64,000 nt of DNA, taken from Bugula neritina. Lineage: Eukaryota > Animalia > Bryozoa. Of this stretch, positions 61,548 to 64,000 are shown piece after piece. The notes under the pieces were generated by a model. It was not told where the DNA came from and did not search any database. It worked only from the letters and a program-made list of their open reading frames with translations. The position numbers and the translations under genes are program-made. The stretch's first letter is position 1. The number at the start of each line of letters is the position of its first letter. Where the stretch lies: the NCBI GenBank assembly GCA_964035545.1, contig OZ037768.1:14455675-14519674 (forward strand). The letters are read 5' to 3'.

Positions 61548-62630
61548 TGTAACTTCTGCCCCATTTTATTTTTGATAGGTTGCACTGCTGGATTTATGCT
61601 GATGTTTATTGAAACCAACTGATAACCAACGTGAAACTACAATAATACAATAATACGATTTGATAATAAAGACATTATTGAAAGAAAAATGAAACATACA
61701 AAAATTACAAAATTGTTGCAAAACAATGTTTGACATACCTCTATTACCCTTCCTGGGGAGAGTTAGAATTAAATGTATAAAGTTGTGATTGTGAAAGTTT
61801 AATCAAAAATCAAAAATGACTAGTGAGAACTACAACAGTCAGTGGAGAAAGCATCAGACTGGCATAAAGGTATGAAACACCTCAGCTACTATAATTTCTG
61901 GCTACAAGCTATACAAAGCTGACAGCTATTCTGGTAGCAAAAATCATTGCATTGTAATTGTGAAAACAAAGCTACTTGTGGTTTAAAAAACTGTGGCTAA
62001 GTGAGTAGCAAAGTGAGTAGCAAAGTGAGTAGCAAAGTGAGTAGCTAAGTGAGTAGCTAAGTGAGTAGCTAAGTGAGTAGCTAAGTGAGTAGCTAAGTGA
62101 GTAGCTAAGTGAGTAGCTAAGTGAGTAGCTAAGTGAGTAGCTAAGTGAGTAGCTAAGTGAGTAGCTAAGTGAGTAGCTAAGTGAGTAGCTAAGTGAGTAG
62201 CTAAGTGAGTAGCTAAGTGAGTAGCTAAGTGAGTAGCTAAGTGAGTAGCTAAGTGAGTATAAGGGTGAATGGTGATGAATTGTCCTGTGCCACTGTTGTG
62301 TTTTACACAATACTAATGCGTGGTTCCTAGCTTGTAATTATGACTTGGTTATCTGCAGCAATATAGGAATTGTGATAAGATTAGAAGAGATTTATTTATA
62401 ATTACATACTAATAAAATGATATAAGAAAGCACACGGATTAAAGTATTACATCTTCCTAATTGCTAGTACGCTCTCTCTACTGACGATTCTCTCGTTACG
62501 CATCGCTGGGGGTTGTCACCTGATGCATCTCCAATTGGCTAGGGGACACGGGGACGCGCGTATTGCGTGCTCCACTACACCACTGTATGTAGTAGTGTGT
62601 AATATAATAAAAAACGACCAAAACGCTATA
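61548..62630 (-). mobile_element. Probable solo LTR (~1.08 kb) containing a 12-bp tandem array
   Basis: 5-bp TSD CCCAT, ends TGTAAC...GCTATA; removal restores LINE frame KPWINGDLLFMIQKK. Confidence 0.75.
61996..62259. repeat. 12-bp minisatellite GAGTAGCTAAGT
   Basis: About 22 tandem units. Confidence 0.95.
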
Positions 62631-63541
62631 CCCATTTATCCAAGGCTTTGAAATGCTTTTTTTAGCAAGCTTTGCTTTATGCTCTATTTTACAACTGTTT
62701 GTAAGTTCAGTAAGTTTTTGAACGAATTTATCATAAAACACATTAACATCACTACAGCAAAAAGCTTCCCAATTTGTAGTTATTAACACGTTATGTAATT
62801 TTTTGTAATTGATGATGCTATACTGTTTTTGAGACACAGAAATCAGGTCTGATCTTTTAAATTTATGTATGAAAGTATAGGCAGACAAGTAATCACTCAA
62901 ATCAGAAAAAACTGTTCCAGAAGTTATCGCATCGTTGTTTAGATTTAAAAGGATATGATTCAGGCATGTCCACTTATTAATAGGCTTAAAGTGATGAGTG
63001 CGCACAGTAATGGAGTTGCTGAAACAGTAGGTAGACAGGAGACTAAGATACTCAACATTAGAATGGTCTAGGATATCAATGTTGATATCACCAGCAATAA
63101 TGTGGTTACTTGCGTGTGAAGCGGATATGAATTTTTCGAAATCGTTCAAAAATTCAGTAACATCTGCACTGGGTTGTCGGTAAATAACTGTTAGAACCAC
63201 AGGTGGAGAAGAGCCATCACATTCTAACCTAATAGAATGAACATCACACCCAGATATGGTCACCACTGAGACCAGGACCATGCCAATGCCATTTCTCACA
63301 TACACCCCAACACCACCTCCACGCGAATCGCGTTGTGCACCTGAAAAAGTGAAGTTAGGAATTGCAAAAAATTCTATTTCATCATTTTTTAGCCAAGTTT
63401 CTGTTGCACAAATTACATCAAATGGGACATTACAAGAATATAACAATTGCTCAAAAAGGTAGAACTTGTTTCTTAAACTTTGACAGTTAATATTTAGTAT
63501 AGAAAATGTGTCAGGAGAAAAATCACTGTTTATTATTAAGT
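62631..63541 (-). pseudogene. LINE ORF2 apurinic-type endonuclease domain
   Basis: NINCQSL, ATETWL, GGGVGVYV, VIYRQP, AGDINID, LSDY, KPWIN motifs. Confidence 0.92.
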
Positions 63542-63544
63542 AGG

Positions 63545-63761
63545 TGTGGGCTGTAACTTGAATGATCATGCACGCAGGTCATGCTCATCAGAATGACACT
63601 ACAACTTGATTGATTAATTTTTGTGCATCAAACCTTTGTGATAAAAACGATGTTAGACAGACTGATACGCTACTTTGATTCATCATTGTTGTGTTGTACT
63701 AGTAAGTGTGTTGTGTAAAATATAAATATTAGTCACTTGCGAGACCAATTTATTATTTGCA
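63545..63761 (+). repeat. Element C 3' LTR
   Basis: TGTGGG...TTGCA, about 92% identical to the reassembled 5' LTR. Confidence 0.88.
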
Positions 63762-64000
63762 AATAGTATTATTATTATTGCCTAGTGACTAGTATTTTCC
63801 CTTCCCCTTATTCAACCTACAATACTCATGCACTTGGTTGGGTTTTATGTTGCTAATTCATGTAAACCGACAGTCGACTGAAGTTTGGTTCACTGGCTTG
63901 CTGACAATCCGAGTGTCGGTCTTTGAAATTATGAATATCGGCACACTTTGCCGAACTTCAGCCAACTGTCGGTTGAAGGTTCTAGAACCCCTTTGTCCAA

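Larger units (their letters stand above)
52000..63541 (-). mobile_element. CR1/L2-group LINE, 5'-truncated and split by four insertions
   Basis: APE endonuclease 62631-63541, linker 61429-61547, RT 54350-54996 (GAPQGSVLGP, YADDT), C-terminus 53539-53788, 3' UTR with AATAAA and (AC)n tail at 52000-52011; flanking duplication AGGTGTG. Confidence 0.88.
42849..63761 (+). mobile_element. Element C: degenerate Ty3/Gypsy element expanded to 21 kb by nested insertions
   Basis: 5' LTR 42849-42972 plus 48274-48366; 3' LTR 63545-63761 (217 bp, about 17 mismatches); TSD AATGG/AATAG; PPT AAGGGGAGG 51987-51995. Confidence 0.85.

Noticed and set aside
61972-62310. YSLS-repeat ORF
   Set aside because: Translation of a 12-bp minisatellite inside a solo LTR

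Overview
AT-rich eukaryotic (invertebrate-like) genomic DNA. The left 37 kb holds 15 phase-consistent minus-strand exons (about 769 codons, open at the left edge) of an AKAP13/ARHGEF28-type RhoGEF-family gene. Only its N-terminal ankyrin-like module and a disordered region are visible; no DH-PH domain is seen. Its introns carry MITEs, an ~800-bp-arm foldback element, minisatellites, a ~930-bp pure (TG)n tract and a 5'-truncated Ty3/Gypsy element (A) whose 3' LTR has ~124-bp inverted ends. The right 21 kb (42849-63761) is one nested stack that can be reconstructed from target-site duplications. An old Gypsy element (C) has its 5' LTR split by a young 5.3-kb non-autonomous Gypsy element (B), and its PPT/3'-LTR junction split by a CR1/L2-type LINE. 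The LINE in turn carries a TA-flanked DNA element, two solo LTRs and a probably chimeric Gypsy element (D). The best candidate for an undescribed system is element B. It has identical LTRs, intact gag, a -1 frameshift signal, and an open pol frame that has lost RT, RNase H and the integrase core but kept protease and the integrase H2C2 finger. It also has an intact extra ORF in the env position encoding a tandem zinc-finger plus coiled-coil protein. All alignments and counts were done by eye; no database searches were run.
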